DNA of 64,000 nucleotides from Octopus bimaculoides (taxonomy: Eukaryota), in the NCBI RefSeq assembly GCF_001194135.2, contig NC_068992.1, positions 11,699,877 through 11,763,876 on the forward strand, in the 5' to 3' direction. This document shows positions 12,859 to 24,745 of this stretch, piece after piece (positions within the stretch are counted from its first letter, which is position 1; each line of letters begins with the position of its first letter). The notes under the pieces were generated by a model. That model saw nothing but the letters and a program-made list of their open reading frames with translations, was not told the origin of the DNA and ran no database searches. The position numbers were made by a program, and so were the translations under genes.

Positions 12859-13045
12859 ACACAAATATACCACACATATATACATATATACATACACACA
12901 CACAGGCTACAGAATGTGAGCATTTTCCATAAAAAGAGTAAGGCATACTAATTTGTATTCTTGGGATATCATAGATTTAAAGTAAAAATTTTAGGATCTT
13001 CCATTTGAGCCTCCATGAACACATGCATGTAGCCATATTTACACA

Positions 13046-13221
13046 AAGTGCTATGCGGAATTTCGTCTGTCTTTATGTTCTGAGTTCAAATTCTGCTGAG
13101 GTCGATTTTGGCTTTCATCCTCTTGGGGTCAATAAATTAAGTACCATGGAAACACTGGGGCCAATGTAATCGACTAGTCCCCTCCCCTAAAGTTTCAGGC
13201 ATTTTGCCTATAATAGAAAGG

Positions 13222-13286
<65 letters not shown>

Positions 13287-13720
13287 GGCAGTGAGCTGGC
13301 AGAATTGTTAGCATGCTCGGCAAAATGTTTAATCGTATTTCACTTGTCGTTACATTCTGAGTTCAAATTCTACTGAGGTCGACTTTGCCTTTCATCCTTT
13401 CAGGGTCGATAAATTGAGTACCAGTTATGCACTGGGGTTGATGTAATCGACTTAATCCCTTTGTCTGTCCTTGTTTGTCCCCTGTATGTTTAGCCCCTTG
13501 TGGGCAGTAAAGAAATAAGAAATGTCAGCACACTGGGTAAATTGCTTAGCGATATTTCATCTGTCTTTATGTTCTGAGTTCAAATTCTGCCGAGGTCGGC
13601 TTTGCCTTTCATCCTTTCGAGGTCGATAAATTAAGTACCAGTTGCATACTGGGGGTCGATCTAATCAATTGGCCAGCTCGTCAAAGATTTCGGGCCTTGT
13701 GCCTAGAGTAGAAAAGAATA
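13046..13720 (+). mobile_element. Three tandem copies of (AAT/ATT)-tailed SINE family D
   Basis: Recurring GTTCTGAGTTCAAATTC..GAGGTCGACTTTGCCTTTCATCCTTT..GGTCGATAAATTAAGTACCAG, with an (ATT)n run at about 13225-13284. Confidence 0.9.
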
Positions 13721-13795
13721 TTGCTGTTGTTGTTGTTGTTGTCATTAACCAGCAGTAGCAGTAACAGTAGTAGTAGTAGTAGCAATAGTAGTAGC

Positions 13796-13827
<32 letters not shown>

Positions 13828-14286
13828 GGGTGGTAGCAGTGGTAGTAGGGATGGGGCGGTCTAGTTGTGGGGGTAGTAGTAGTTGTAATAGTAGTAGCTG
13901 TTGTGATGGCTGTAGATTGTTGCCAGTAAATTCTACTACAAAAACAGGAACGCATAGAATAAAATAAAATAATAATAATAATAATAATGAATAAGTAGAT
14001 ATAAAATCAATAAGTAAGCTATGAATAAATGAATGAATGAGTGAATGATTGTTTATTGGAGTTCTATATAAAGAGTGGAGTGTGTGCCTGTGTGTGTGTT
14101 TGAGGGGTGTGGAGGTGGTCATGGTCTGACCAAGAATGTGAAGGAAGAACAGAAAGAAATATTGTCAGCGAGAATATGAAGGAACAAGACAAAACTGAAG
14201 TAGAAACATAAACAGGAATAATATCCCAAATACAAACTGATATAATGGATAAAGGCCTGCAGAGTTTAGGATATAACATACATAGA

Positions 14287-14339
<53 letters not shown>

Positions 14340-15231
14340 NNNNNNNNNNNNNNNNNNNNNNNNNNNNNNNNNNNNNNNNNNNNNNNNNNNNNNNNNNNNN
14401 NNNNNNNNNNNNNNNNNNNNNNNNNNNNNNNNNNNNNNNNNNNNNNNNNNNNNNNNNNNNNNNNNNNNNNNNNNNNNNNNNNNNNNNNNNNNNNNNNNNN
14501 NNNNNNNNNNNNNNNNNNNNNNNNNNNNNNNNNNNNNNNNNNNNNNNNNNNNNNNNNNNNNNNNNNNNNNNNNNNNNNNNNNNNNNNNNNNNNNNNNNNN
14601 NNNNNNNNNNNNNNNNNNNNNNNNNNNNNNNNNNNNNNNNNNNNNNNNNNNNNNNNNNNNNNNNNNNNNNNNNNNNNNNNNNNNNNNNNNNNNNNNNNNN
14701 NNNNNNNNNNNNNNNNNNNNNNNNNNNNNNNNNNNNNNNNNNNNNNNNNNNNNNNNNNNNNNNNNNNNNNNNNNNNNNNNNNNNNNNNNNNNNNNNNNNN
14801 NNNNNNNNNNNNNNNNNNNNNNNNNNNNNNNNNNNNNNNNNNNNNNNNNNNNNNNNNNNNNNNNNNNNNNNNNNNNNNNNNNNNNNNNNNNNNNNNNNNN
14901 NNNNNNNNNNNNNNNNNNNNNNNNNNNNNNNNNNNNNNNNNNNNNNNNNNNNNNNNNNNNNNNNNNNNNNNNNNNNNNNNNNNNNNNNNNNNNNNNNNNN
15001 NNNNNNNNNNNNNNNNNNNNNNNNNNNNNNNNNNNNNNNNNNNNNNNNNNNNNNNNNNNNNNNNNNNNNNNNNNNNNNNNNNNNNNNNNNNNNNNNNNNN
15101 NNNNNNNNNNNNNNNNNNNNNNNNNNNNNNNNNNNNNNNNNNNNNNNNNNNNNNNNNNNNNNNNNNNNNNNNNNNNNNNNNNNNNNNNNNNNNNNNNNNN
15201 NNNNNNNNNNNNNNNNNNNNNTATATATACC

Positions 15232-15436
15232 GTGTGACTGGCCCTCGTGCCGGTGGCATGTAAAAGCACCCACTACACTCTCGGAGTGGTTGGCATTAGG
15301 AAGGGCATCCAGCCGTAGAAACTCTGCCAGATCAGATTGGAGCCTGGTGCAGCCTTCTGGCTTGCCAGTCCTCAGTCAAATCGTCCAACCCATGCTAGCA
15401 TGGAAAGCAGACGTTAAACGATGATGATGATGATGA
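15232..15436 (+). mobile_element. Family B copy
   Basis: ..GTTGGCATTAGGAAGGGCATCCAGCCGTAGAAACTC..GACGTTAAACGATGATGATG. Confidence 0.9.
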
Positions 15437-15614
15437 TATAAATATGTATTAATCAATGAAATTCCAACTTAGTCTGATTTTCACATTTTATTATTTGCAA
15501 TTTTCACAATTTTACAATTTCACAATTTTGCAATTTTACAATATTGAAACAAATTAGTACTTCCTTGTATCACACAATCACCAGGTTTACGTAGTGACAG
15601 TCGTGTTCTTTGTG

Positions 15615-15826
15615 TCAGTGTTTGTCCCCATCATTTGACAACCGGTGTTGGTGTGTTTGCATCCCTATGTATTAGTGTTTTAGCAAAAAGTGTCTGATAG
15701 AATAAGTTGCAGGCTTAAAAGAAAAAGAATATATACTAAGCTTGACTTATTCAACTAAAAATTCTTGAAGATGGTGTCCCAGCTTGACCACGATCTAATG
15801 ACTGAAACAAGTAAAAGATAAAAGAT
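15615..15826 (+). mobile_element. Family A SINE, 3' part
   Basis: GTGTTTGTCCCC..GATAGAATAAG..GACTGAAACAAGTAAAAGATAAAAGAT. Confidence 0.7.
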
Positions 15827-15913
15827 ATGTTTACTCATGGTTATAATTAAGAGCATTAAGAAATTTGGCGTCCAGTCTTTAGAAAATAAGTGGCTTGTAG
15901 TAAACTGTCTGAA

Positions 15914-16231
15914 GAAAACCAAATGCTAGAGGTTTGAATGCCTTTAGACAGAGGTCAATTTCACCAAAAAAATCCAATGCTAGCAGTTTGAATGTCTTTG
16001 GACAAAGGTCAGTTTCACCAAAAAATCCAATGCTAGCAGTTTGAATGTCTTTGGACAAAGGTCATTTTCACCAAAAAATCCAATGCTAGCAGTTTGAATG
16101 TCTTTGGACAAAGGTCAGTTTCACCAAAAAATCCAATGCTAGCAGTTTGAATGTCTTTGGACAAAGGTCAGTTTCACCAAAAAATCCAATGCTAGCAGTT
16201 TGAATGACTTTGGACAGAGGTCAGTTTCACC
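15914..16231. repeat. 53-bp minisatellite, about 6 copies
   Basis: Unit AAAAAATCCAATGCTAGCAGTTTGAATGTCTTTGGACAAAGGTCAGTTTCACC. TCCAATGCT recurs at 15973, 16026, 16079, 16132 and 16185. Confidence 0.95.
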
Positions 16232-16521
16232 AGTTTCATCAGTGACAACAAGGTGGACTGTATGCTTTTGATACATAAGTATTCTGAGACACAGACACAG
16301 TCCGGAGCCAGTAACCAGATATAAATAAAACTGAACCATTGGCTGGTCATCTTATATGCTATCAATTCAGTAATCTTTAGCTCTTGATATTCTTCTGTAG
16401 ATAATATATTTCCAATCCATATGATTCAGGGATTGTCGATCTTTCAAACCAATTTTGTATTCTTGCTTTGATTGTAAAGGCTAACGTATTACAGAGTCAC
16501 ATGAAAACAAATGTGTATGAC

Positions 16522-16618
16522 ATATATCATGTATATCATATATGATATATATATCATATATGATATATATATCATATATGATATATATATCATATATGAT
16601 ATATATATGATATATATA
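16522..16618. repeat. 18-bp self-complementary AT minisatellite
   Basis: TCATATATGA at 16536, 16554, 16572 and 16590. Confidence 0.9.
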
Positions 16619-16894
16619 ACTTTACCATTGCTCTCTTTATCCTTTTATATATTTATGCATATGTATGTATGTATATATATATAAAATCATTATTCTTTAA
16701 CATCTGTTTTCCAGGATACATATAAAATCATGTGTGTGTGTGTATGGGTGTGATATGCACCACATACACACACGAAATGCATGTATATAGATATTCCTCT
16801 TCATAAATAGAAGAGGCAGTTAGTGTTCAGTATATGGTCCAGAGAACATTTATATATTTATCTAGAGTAAGGATGTGACCAAAACAGGATATTC

Positions 16895-17114
16895 TCTCTC
16901 TCTCTCTTCTTCTTCTCTCTCTCTCTTCTTCTTCTCTCTCTCTCTTCTTCTTCTCTCTCTCTCTTCTTCTTCTCTCTCTCTCTCTCTTCTTCTTCTCTCT
17001 CTCTCTTCTTCTCTCTCTCTCTTCTTCTTCTCTCTCTCTCTTCTTCTTCTCTCTCTCTCTCTCTTTTTCTTCTCTCTCTCTCTCTTCTTCTCTCTCTCTC
17101 TCTCTCTCTCTCTC
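16895..17114. repeat. Compound (CT)n/(CTT) polypyrimidine repeat
   Basis: Visible directly; it explains the EREREKKK-type ORFs. Confidence 0.95.
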
Positions 17115-18068
17115 TAACACAAACACACACACACACACACACATAGACACACATATACACTCATGTGTATATTATATATATAAACGCATAATGCATATAT
17201 ATATACATTTGTAAATATATATGTGTATATGTATATATATATATATGTATAGTGTATATGTATATATATGTATATATATGCATATGTATATATATGTATA
17301 TATATGTGTGTGTATATCATATATATGTATATGTATATATATATATNNNNNNNNNNATATATGTATATGTATATATATATATATGTGTGTGTGTATGTGT
17401 GTATATATGTATACATATATATATGTATATATTTATGTGTATGTATGTATATATATGAATGTATGTAAATATGCATTTATATATATATGTATATGTATAA
17501 TGTATATATATATATAAGTGTGCATGTGTGTGTGTATGTATATATATATATATATAGATAGATAGATATTTAGAGAGATAGATTTAGATACAGATATATA
17601 TCATGACCAGGATGTATGTTTACATTTATACCTATGCTTATGTATAGTCTCACATTAAACTGATTGATTTCTCACATTTTAAACAACAAAAAAAAAAGAT
17701 ATATGACTATATGCAGGTGTATATGTGTGTATGTGCCTAAATTTGTGTCTACGTATGTTTTGCATGACTGTATGTGTGTGCATACGTTTGCATACATGCG
17801 TGTGCATGTATATATATATATTATACATATATATATATACATGATTGCTTGTCTGTGTATACAAGTAACCACCTTAATTCATTTTTACATTTATGTTACA
17901 TGATGTGACCAATGTAACATTGGTTGCATGTGTGTGTGTGTGAGCTGTATATCTGCAATGCACTTATTGTAATGCATATTATTGCATATCAATTGCAATG
18001 GCAGTTTATTGCTTTTCATTACATTCTATTCTATGGTGAATGCAATGCAATGTTGCATTAAACCCCAG

Positions 18069-18150
18069 GTTATTTCATGTCATCTCTTCTCCGCGGAAAG
18101 TATTCTTTACACAAATTCATTTCCTCAACAATTGTTTACAGCTCTTCTCA
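18069..18150 (+). CDS. Candidate internal exon (LFHVISSPRKVFFTQIHFLNNCLQLFS)
   Basis: Acceptor aaccccag, donor TCA|gttagt, phase 2 to 0. It bridges 11051-11101 and 19349-19398. Confidence 0.3.
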
Positions 18151-18247
18151 GTTAGTCACAACCAGTTGTATTTCTACCAAAAAACACTACCATTTCAAGC
18201 TCACCTCCCATACTCTCTTTAACACCCTCTCCGCATCTCTCCATCTC

Positions 18248-18570
18248 TTTCTCTCAATCTCTCTCTTTCTCTCAATCTCTCTCTTTCTCTCAAGCTCTCT
18301 CTTTCTTTCAATCTCTCTCTTTCTCTCAAGCTCTCTCTTTCTCTCAATCTCTCTCTTTCTCTCAAGCTCTCTCTTTCTCTCAATCTCNNNNNNNNNNCTC
18401 TCTCTTTCTCTCAAGCTCTCTCTTTCTTTCAATCTCTCTCTTTCTCTCAAGCTCTCTCTTTCTCTCAATCTCTCTCTTTCTCTCAAGCTCTCTCTTTCTC
18501 TCAATCTCTCTCTTTCTCTCAATCTCTCTCTTTCTCTCAATATCTCTCTTTCTCTCAAGCTCTCTCTTTC
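18248..18570. repeat. 18-bp CT-rich minisatellite CTCTCAA(T/G)CTCTCTCTTT
   Basis: The LSISLF/LSSSLF periodicity in the ORF track corresponds to this unit. Confidence 0.95.
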
Positions 18571-18920
18571 CCAGTCTCCCTAAAACATTCACTCTGTCTC
18601 TCTTCATTAATCTCTCTGTCTGTCTGTTTGTCTCTCCCTCTCTCTCCATCACTTTTTCTGTCTCTCTCTCCATAGTTTTCTCTGTCACTCTCCATTAATC
18701 TCTCTCTTTCTTTCTCTCTCTCTCCCCCACTTCCTCTCCCTCTCTCTCTCCCTGTCTCTCTCCATTACTCTCCCGGTCTCTCTCTCTCTCCATCACTTTT
18801 TCTATCTCCCCATAGTTTTCTCTGTCTCTCTCCATCGTTTTCTCTGTCTCCCTCTATTAATCTTTCTGTTTCTCTCTCACTTCCTCTTCCCATCACTTCC
18901 TCTCTCCATAACTGTCTCAG

Positions 18921-18956
<36 letters not shown>

Positions 18957-19348
18957 TCATTTCCTTTCTTTTCACTAACATCATAATACTCAAACACATA
19001 TCAACATTGCCAGCTCTCATGACTTTTTATCATATCATTCTGAACCATTCCGCTCTGACTCTGTCCAGAATGAATTAACAAACCTTCTTTTTACATTATA
19101 GATATTGATAAGAACAGCCATAGAAAACTGCTGCTGCTGCTGCTGCTACTACTAGATACAATCTTGTTATGTAAGTCTATAATATATATGAGCCTGTGTT
19201 AAGGAACGATCATTTAATAACAAGTGTTAGCATAGGATTTTTAAAGGGATGCTTTGTCTTGCAGATTTGTATTTCATTAAACATATATGAGATGACTCCT
19301 GTTTATTTTTTTTTTCAATTGCAATGAATATAAATCAGTCTATTGTAG

Positions 19349-19398
19349 GGAGCAATTCAACATCCTTTGAAAGCTCGAGCAATAATAATTGAGTTTAT
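19349..19398 (+). CDS. Candidate internal exon (GAIQHPLKARAIIIEF)
   Basis: Acceptor tctattgtag, donor AT|gtaagg, phase 0 to 2. Confidence 0.35.
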
Positions 19399-19993
19399 GT
19401 AAGGAGTAAGGTGTTCTTCCTAGAAATACAACAAAATGCTTATTGTGAAGTTTAGCTCTTCACACATGAGTAGGGAATATTATTACTTTATCCATGTGGC
19501 ATAGTCTTTGTTCATGTCAAATCCAACACCCAAAGTGAATAGAATTATACAAACATTCAGCAAAAAAAAAAAAAAAAAAAAATTTCCAAGAGATTCAATG
19601 TGAATGAATATTGATTCTTTAAGTTTAGAGATTTAAATGAAAGACACATGCTCAATACTATTTCAGAATAGTGGAGGTTGAATAGAGTTGCTATTAGAGT
19701 TAATAGCTTAAAGATTTTGAGCATAAATTTGCAGCAAGAATTTTATTATAATTTTGGGTTGAATGCTTTGCTTAATTTCCCCAAAATGTTTGGAATAGGT
19801 AATATGGTAATTTGTTTATTGTGACATATAGTCTGGATAGACTAGCATTGTATCCCATGGATGATATGAGTCTTATCTGATAACAACATGAAATTGGAGC
19901 CGAATAGTTATTATAAAGTGACTTTAATGATTATGGTATATATGTTAATGCTATGAGTGTGTGTAACATGCATGTATGTATATATATATATAT

Positions 19994-20252
19994 ATATTAG
20001 AAAAAATAATAAGGTACTCAGACATCTGGATGGTTGTAGATTTACAGATTTTTATTAATATGAATATGTCATGTTTTTTCAATCATATATTAGCACTTGC
20101 ATTTACTCTAATAGATTCTTCAGATTTCAAGAATCTACTAGAATAGATGCAAGCATCAATATATGATTTATAAAAACATGTGACATATTAATAAAAATCT
20201 GTAAATGTACAACCATCCAGATGTCTGAGTACCTTATTATTTTTTCTAATAT
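19994..20252. mobile_element. Foldback element: near-perfect 260-bp palindrome
   Basis: Arms of about 125 bp starting ATATTAGAAAAAATAATAAGGTACTCAGACATCTGGATGGTTGTA, around an 8-nt loop CAGATTTC. Confidence 0.85.
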
Positions 20253-20289
20253 CTCCAAACCTTCTAATAATATATATATATATAGTTGA

Positions 20290-20440
20290 AATTTATAAAA
20301 AACAAAAGATGAAGACAGGTGTATGAAGAACAAGCAAAGTGTATTAATTTCACACTCAGGAAAAATGAAAAAGTCTTTTATATTTCAAGCCTATGCTCTT
20401 CAACAGAAATGAATAAGAGAAAATAAACAGAAAGAGAATG
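20290..20440 (-). mobile_element. Penelope-like non-autonomous repeat with a variant hammerhead
   Basis: Similar to 45955-46110. Reverse complement reads TTT-CTGTTGA-A-GAGCATAGGCTT-GAAA-TATA-AAAG. Confidence 0.55.
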
Positions 20441-20470
20441 AAAAAAAATTTGTAAATTTTAGAAGTGTAA

Positions 20471-20720
20471 ATGAGATGCGCTCAAAAAGTATCTCGCTTA
20501 ATTTTTTTTGCACCAAAACTAATTCCACATGGGCAAAATTCTTTGAGAAAGGTGATGGCAAAGCTCCATGGCATTCCAGAGAAGGTGTGGGACAGGTATT
20601 ACCAGCAGTGGCAGAACTACTGGAAGAAGTGTGTGAACTCCCAAGGGGAGTATTCTGAAGGTAATTGAGCAAAATTTGTGAAATGCATAAAGGTAAGTTC
20701 CAAGGATTATGTGTATGTTT
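20471..20720 (+). pseudogene. mariner transposase C-terminal remnant
   Basis: KLHGIPEKVWDRYYQQWQNYWKKCVNSQGEYSEGN* matches the typical mariner ending (W..RW.KC....GEYFEG). Confidence 0.8.
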
Positions 20721-20997
20721 ATATGTATGTATATATGTATGTAGGTATGTATATACATAATATTATGATATTATATTTTAAATTATGATATTGTATTATA
20801 TTGTTTGTTCACTTTCTCATATGCATACATAAACACACATACACACACACACACATATGCATGTATATTTGCAGATATATATGTATTTAATTATATATAA
20901 TTGTATATACACAAGTAAGCACACAGGTGCAAAGCAAGGTAAGCAAATATAGTACTTAAATACCAAAGGTCGATTATATGTATATATATATATATAT

Positions 20998-21197
20998 ACA
21001 TGTCACTAAAGTGAATAAGGGCACTAGTAGGAACCAGCATTGCTAGAAATAAGAGTCAAAACAATTCTTAGCCACAAGAACACGCTTATATTATGACTGA
21101 CAAGGTAAGTTCATTCTTATGGCTAAGAGTTGATTTGACACCTATTTCTAGCAATGCCGGTTCCTACTAGTACTTTTAGTTACTATAGTGACATCTG
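20998..21197. mobile_element. MITE of about 200 bp with TIRs of about 80 bp
   Basis: ACTAGTAGGAACCAGCATTGCTAGAAATA is mirrored by TATTTCTAGCAATGCCGGTTCCTACTAGT. Ends are TA-CA..TGTCAC and GTGACATCTG-TA. Confidence 0.8.
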
Positions 21198-21268
21198 TAG
21201 TTCTGACTTTCAGTTGTAAATTGTGAATAAGCCAGCTTTATTATCATGTATATATATATGACATTAAA

Positions 21269-21385
21269 GAGAGCATCCAGTTGTAGAAATCCATGCCAAA
21301 TCAGACTGGAATCTGGTGCAGCCTTCCAGCTTACCAGCCCTGATCAAACCGTCCAACCCATGCCAGCATGGACAACAGACATTAA

Positions 21386-21426
<41 letters not shown>

Positions 21427-21427
21427 A
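21269..21427 (+). mobile_element. Family B, diverged 3' part
   Basis: GCATCCAGTTGTAGAAA..CCATGCCAGCATGGA..ACATTAAATGATGATG. Confidence 0.75.
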
Positions 21428-21975
21428 TATTGCCTCAGTTTTGTTTGAAAAATCAACATGAGCTTTTACCAACTTCATGCTCAGCTAGTTTAGTCTAAGA
21501 ACAAAATTACTTCATAAAGGAAAATTAAATATGCAATCATAGGAAGGATTTCATGCAAAATCAGAAATTGTTTCCTCAATATTCTACCCTGGTTCAGAAA
21601 AATTTCATGTTATCAAGAAAATAATATGAAGCATGCAGTGATGTGCAATTTGCATACATTAATGGATGTTTATAAAATTCTATATAACTTCAGTATGTAT
21701 TATTGACTGACTGGATCTGTGAATCTTCATTATTTTGCCAAAGTTGTTGTGTTAGAATTGATCATTGATTTTCGAATCTTTGTGCATGTATATAGATGAC
21801 CATGTATGAGTGTGCATATGTGAGTTTGTATATGTGTACACATGTACATACACACATATATAGACATATACACAAGCCTTACTGTTGAGTATGGATGACC
21901 AGCTTCAACCAAATGAAAGTTTTGGTTATGAACAAATAATCCAGGTTATCAACACACAATTACATATACATATGA

Positions 21976-22029
<54 letters not shown>

Positions 22030-22323
22030 TACGCACATGTTATGTATATATATATATATATATTATGAATGATATGTTATATACTCTATATTTTAACAGT
22101 TATGTTTCATTCCTATCATGTCTGAATCAAGAATTGCCATGTCTACAGGGATGTGGTTTCATGTCACACAGGCAGCCTTTGAATTTTTCTATTCAAAAGG
22201 AATTCTCATCCAAATATTTTCATGCAATCATTTATAGCTTTGCACATGCTTCAGAATCTAGTTCCAAAATGGAATTATTTCATGTTCTCTCAAAAGTATA
22301 TAAGTTTTTATGATGTCAACAAA

Positions 22324-22360
<37 letters not shown>

Positions 22361-22364
22361 CGTG

Positions 22365-22510
22365 GCGAAGTAGTAAGAAGTTTGTTTTCCAGTCACATGC
22401 TTCCGGGTTCAGTCCCACTGTGTGGCACCTTGGACAAGTGTCTTCTACTATAGCCTCAGGCCAACCAAAGCCTTCTGAGTGGATTTGGTAGATGGAAACT
22501 GAAAGAAGCA
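22365..22510 (+). mobile_element. Family A SINE head
   Basis: CACATGCTTCCGGGTTCAGTCCCACTGTGTGGCACCTTGGACAAGTGTCTTC. Confidence 0.8.
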
Positions 22511-22688
22511 GTGGGTGTTTCTGGTGGAATTGGATGCTGAACCACAACAGTTCATCAGAGTAACACTTTATTGTAACATGTTTCACAGAACAAAAACAAA
22601 TATTGGATGGCTCTTGGGGTACGGTCCCACCCATGCTAGCATGGAACACGGACGTTAAATGATGATGATGATGATTTATATGTATGTA

Positions 22689-22728
<40 letters not shown>

Positions 22729-22734
22729 CGAAAT

Positions 22735-22930
22735 GTAACCACATGTGGATCGTTGGCGTTGTCTTTTCTTTGTCTTCCTTTTCTCTTGGTCCTTTCCTCC
22801 ATCTCCTGATTCTGATGAAGAGCCTTGCTCGAAACATTAAACTGCCTTTCTTTCCTTCCATGAGCATTTGCTAATACATTGAATGTACCACGTCCTTGCA
22901 TTGTTGTTTTTTCCTTGTGTTTGTTCTTCA
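22735..22930 (+). mobile_element. Penelope-like non-autonomous repeat with a canonical-core hammerhead
   Basis: GATT-CTGATGA-A-GAGC-CTT-GCTC-GAAA-CATT-AAAC at 22808-22842. The downstream flank resembles the 46050 family. Confidence 0.55.
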
Positions 22931-22954
22931 TTTTTTTTTGTGGGGGTTTTACTA

Positions 22955-23023
<69 letters not shown>

Positions 23024-23250
23024 GTTAATGTTTTTATGCATGGATGTTCAACTACCTTTTTGATGTGAATGTGAAACTTTAAATAGCAACTCACATCAAT
23101 GCTAACTGTTTATTTATTCCACTCAACTTAACAGCATTGAGTACTTTTTAACTTCATTGCAGCTTACACAGGTATGAACCCATAATCGACTCCTCTCTCA
23201 CTCTCTCCCTCTTTCTCTCTACTTTTTTCACTCTCTCTCACTTTTACTCA

Positions 23251-23292
<42 letters not shown>

Positions 23293-23873
23293 NNNNNNNN
23301 NNATATATATATATATATATACATACATACATACATACATACATATACATACGTGTGTGTGTGTGCGTGCGTGTGTGTGTATTTGGAAAACATGCAAAGG
23401 TTACTGTCAGGAAGCACATCCAGCTGTAACACAATGCCTCAAGTAACATTTTCATCCAAACCAATCAAGCAAGTAAAAATCGATGTAAAAGCAATTGATC
23501 AAACAAAATAGATAAGTATGTATGTATGCATGTATGTATGTATGTATGTATGTATGTATGCAGGTATGTATGTATGTATGTATGTATGTATGTATGTTAT
23601 ATAGCTATGCATGTAAACTCTGAAATGGTATTCGTGGGGCATGTGTTTTGAAGAAATGATAATAGATGGAATAGCAAGTTGACAGAATAGACATCACATT
23701 CAGAAAAAAAAAGGAAGGCAAGACCATACAGAAGCTGCAATGAGGACTTCTTTGGCACTGAAAGATGGTTGAGGAAAACATTAGACAGTGATTGGGGGAG
23801 AGAATATACTGAGGAATTTGTCCTGCAGTGAACTGAATACATCAAGAGTGATGATACCCATGGACACACATAT

Positions 23874-24261
23874 GTTGTTGTTGGCACTCCGTCGCTTACG
23901 TCATCAAGGGTTCCAGTTGATCCGATCAACGGAACAGCCTGCACGTGAAATTAACGTGCAAGTGGCTGAGCACTCCACAGACACGTGTACGCTTAACGTA
24001 GTTCTCGGGGATATTCAGCATGACACAGTGTGACAAGGCTGGCCCTTTGAATTACAGGTACAACAGAAACAGGAAGTAAGAGTGAGAGAAAGTTGTGGTG
24101 AAAGAGTACAGCAGGGTTCGCCACCATCTCCTGCTGGAGCCTCGTGGAGCTTTAGGTGTTTTTCACTCAATAAACACTCACAATGCCCGGTCTGGGAATC
24201 GAAACCGCAGTCCTATGACCGTGAGTCCGCTGCTCTAACCATTGGGCCATTGCGCCTCCAC
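23874..24261 (-). mobile_element. Family C SINE, full length with a 13-bp TSD
   Basis: TSD TGGACACACATAT at 23861-23873 and 24262-24274; tRNA-like head and (CAA)n tail. Confidence 0.95.
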
Positions 24262-24527
24262 TGGACACACATATACACTAAACAATATATACATGCTGTC
24301 ATGCACCATCAGCACAAAGTATATTAAGCTTTTATACTCTGCTACATAGGTATGGAGTTCTTTTTTATGGATTGGGGTTTTTTGAGCCAAAGGAAACACA
24401 AATATAATCTGTGTACAAACACACACACACATACAAACACACACGCACGCATGCATGCACATTCATACATACACAGACATTCTCAAATGCAAAGACACAC
24501 ATAAATATACTTTAAATCTAAACTATA

Positions 24528-24745
24528 CAGTAATCCCTCGACTATCGCAGGTATTACATTCTAAAACGTCTGTGGTATGTGAAAATCCACGAAGTAGAAA
24601 CAGTACTGCATATATATTTCATTATTTTTATAGTTTGTATATATGTTTATTTTCTTATAAATGCCAAACAACACCACAGAGGAACCGAGGCAAGCTTAAA
24701 TAATACACTGTGATAGGTGAACCGAGATATAGCAAGGGATTACTG
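24528..24745. mobile_element. pogo/Tigger-like MITE, 218 bp
   Basis: TIRs CAGTAATCCCTCG.. and ..CAAGGGATTACTG, with a TA duplication on both sides. Confidence 0.85.

Noticed and set aside
21885-22313. Open frames 21887-21941 and 22100-22295 as additional exons
   Set aside because: Several alternative frames and phases fit equally well, and there is no homology cue to choose among them.
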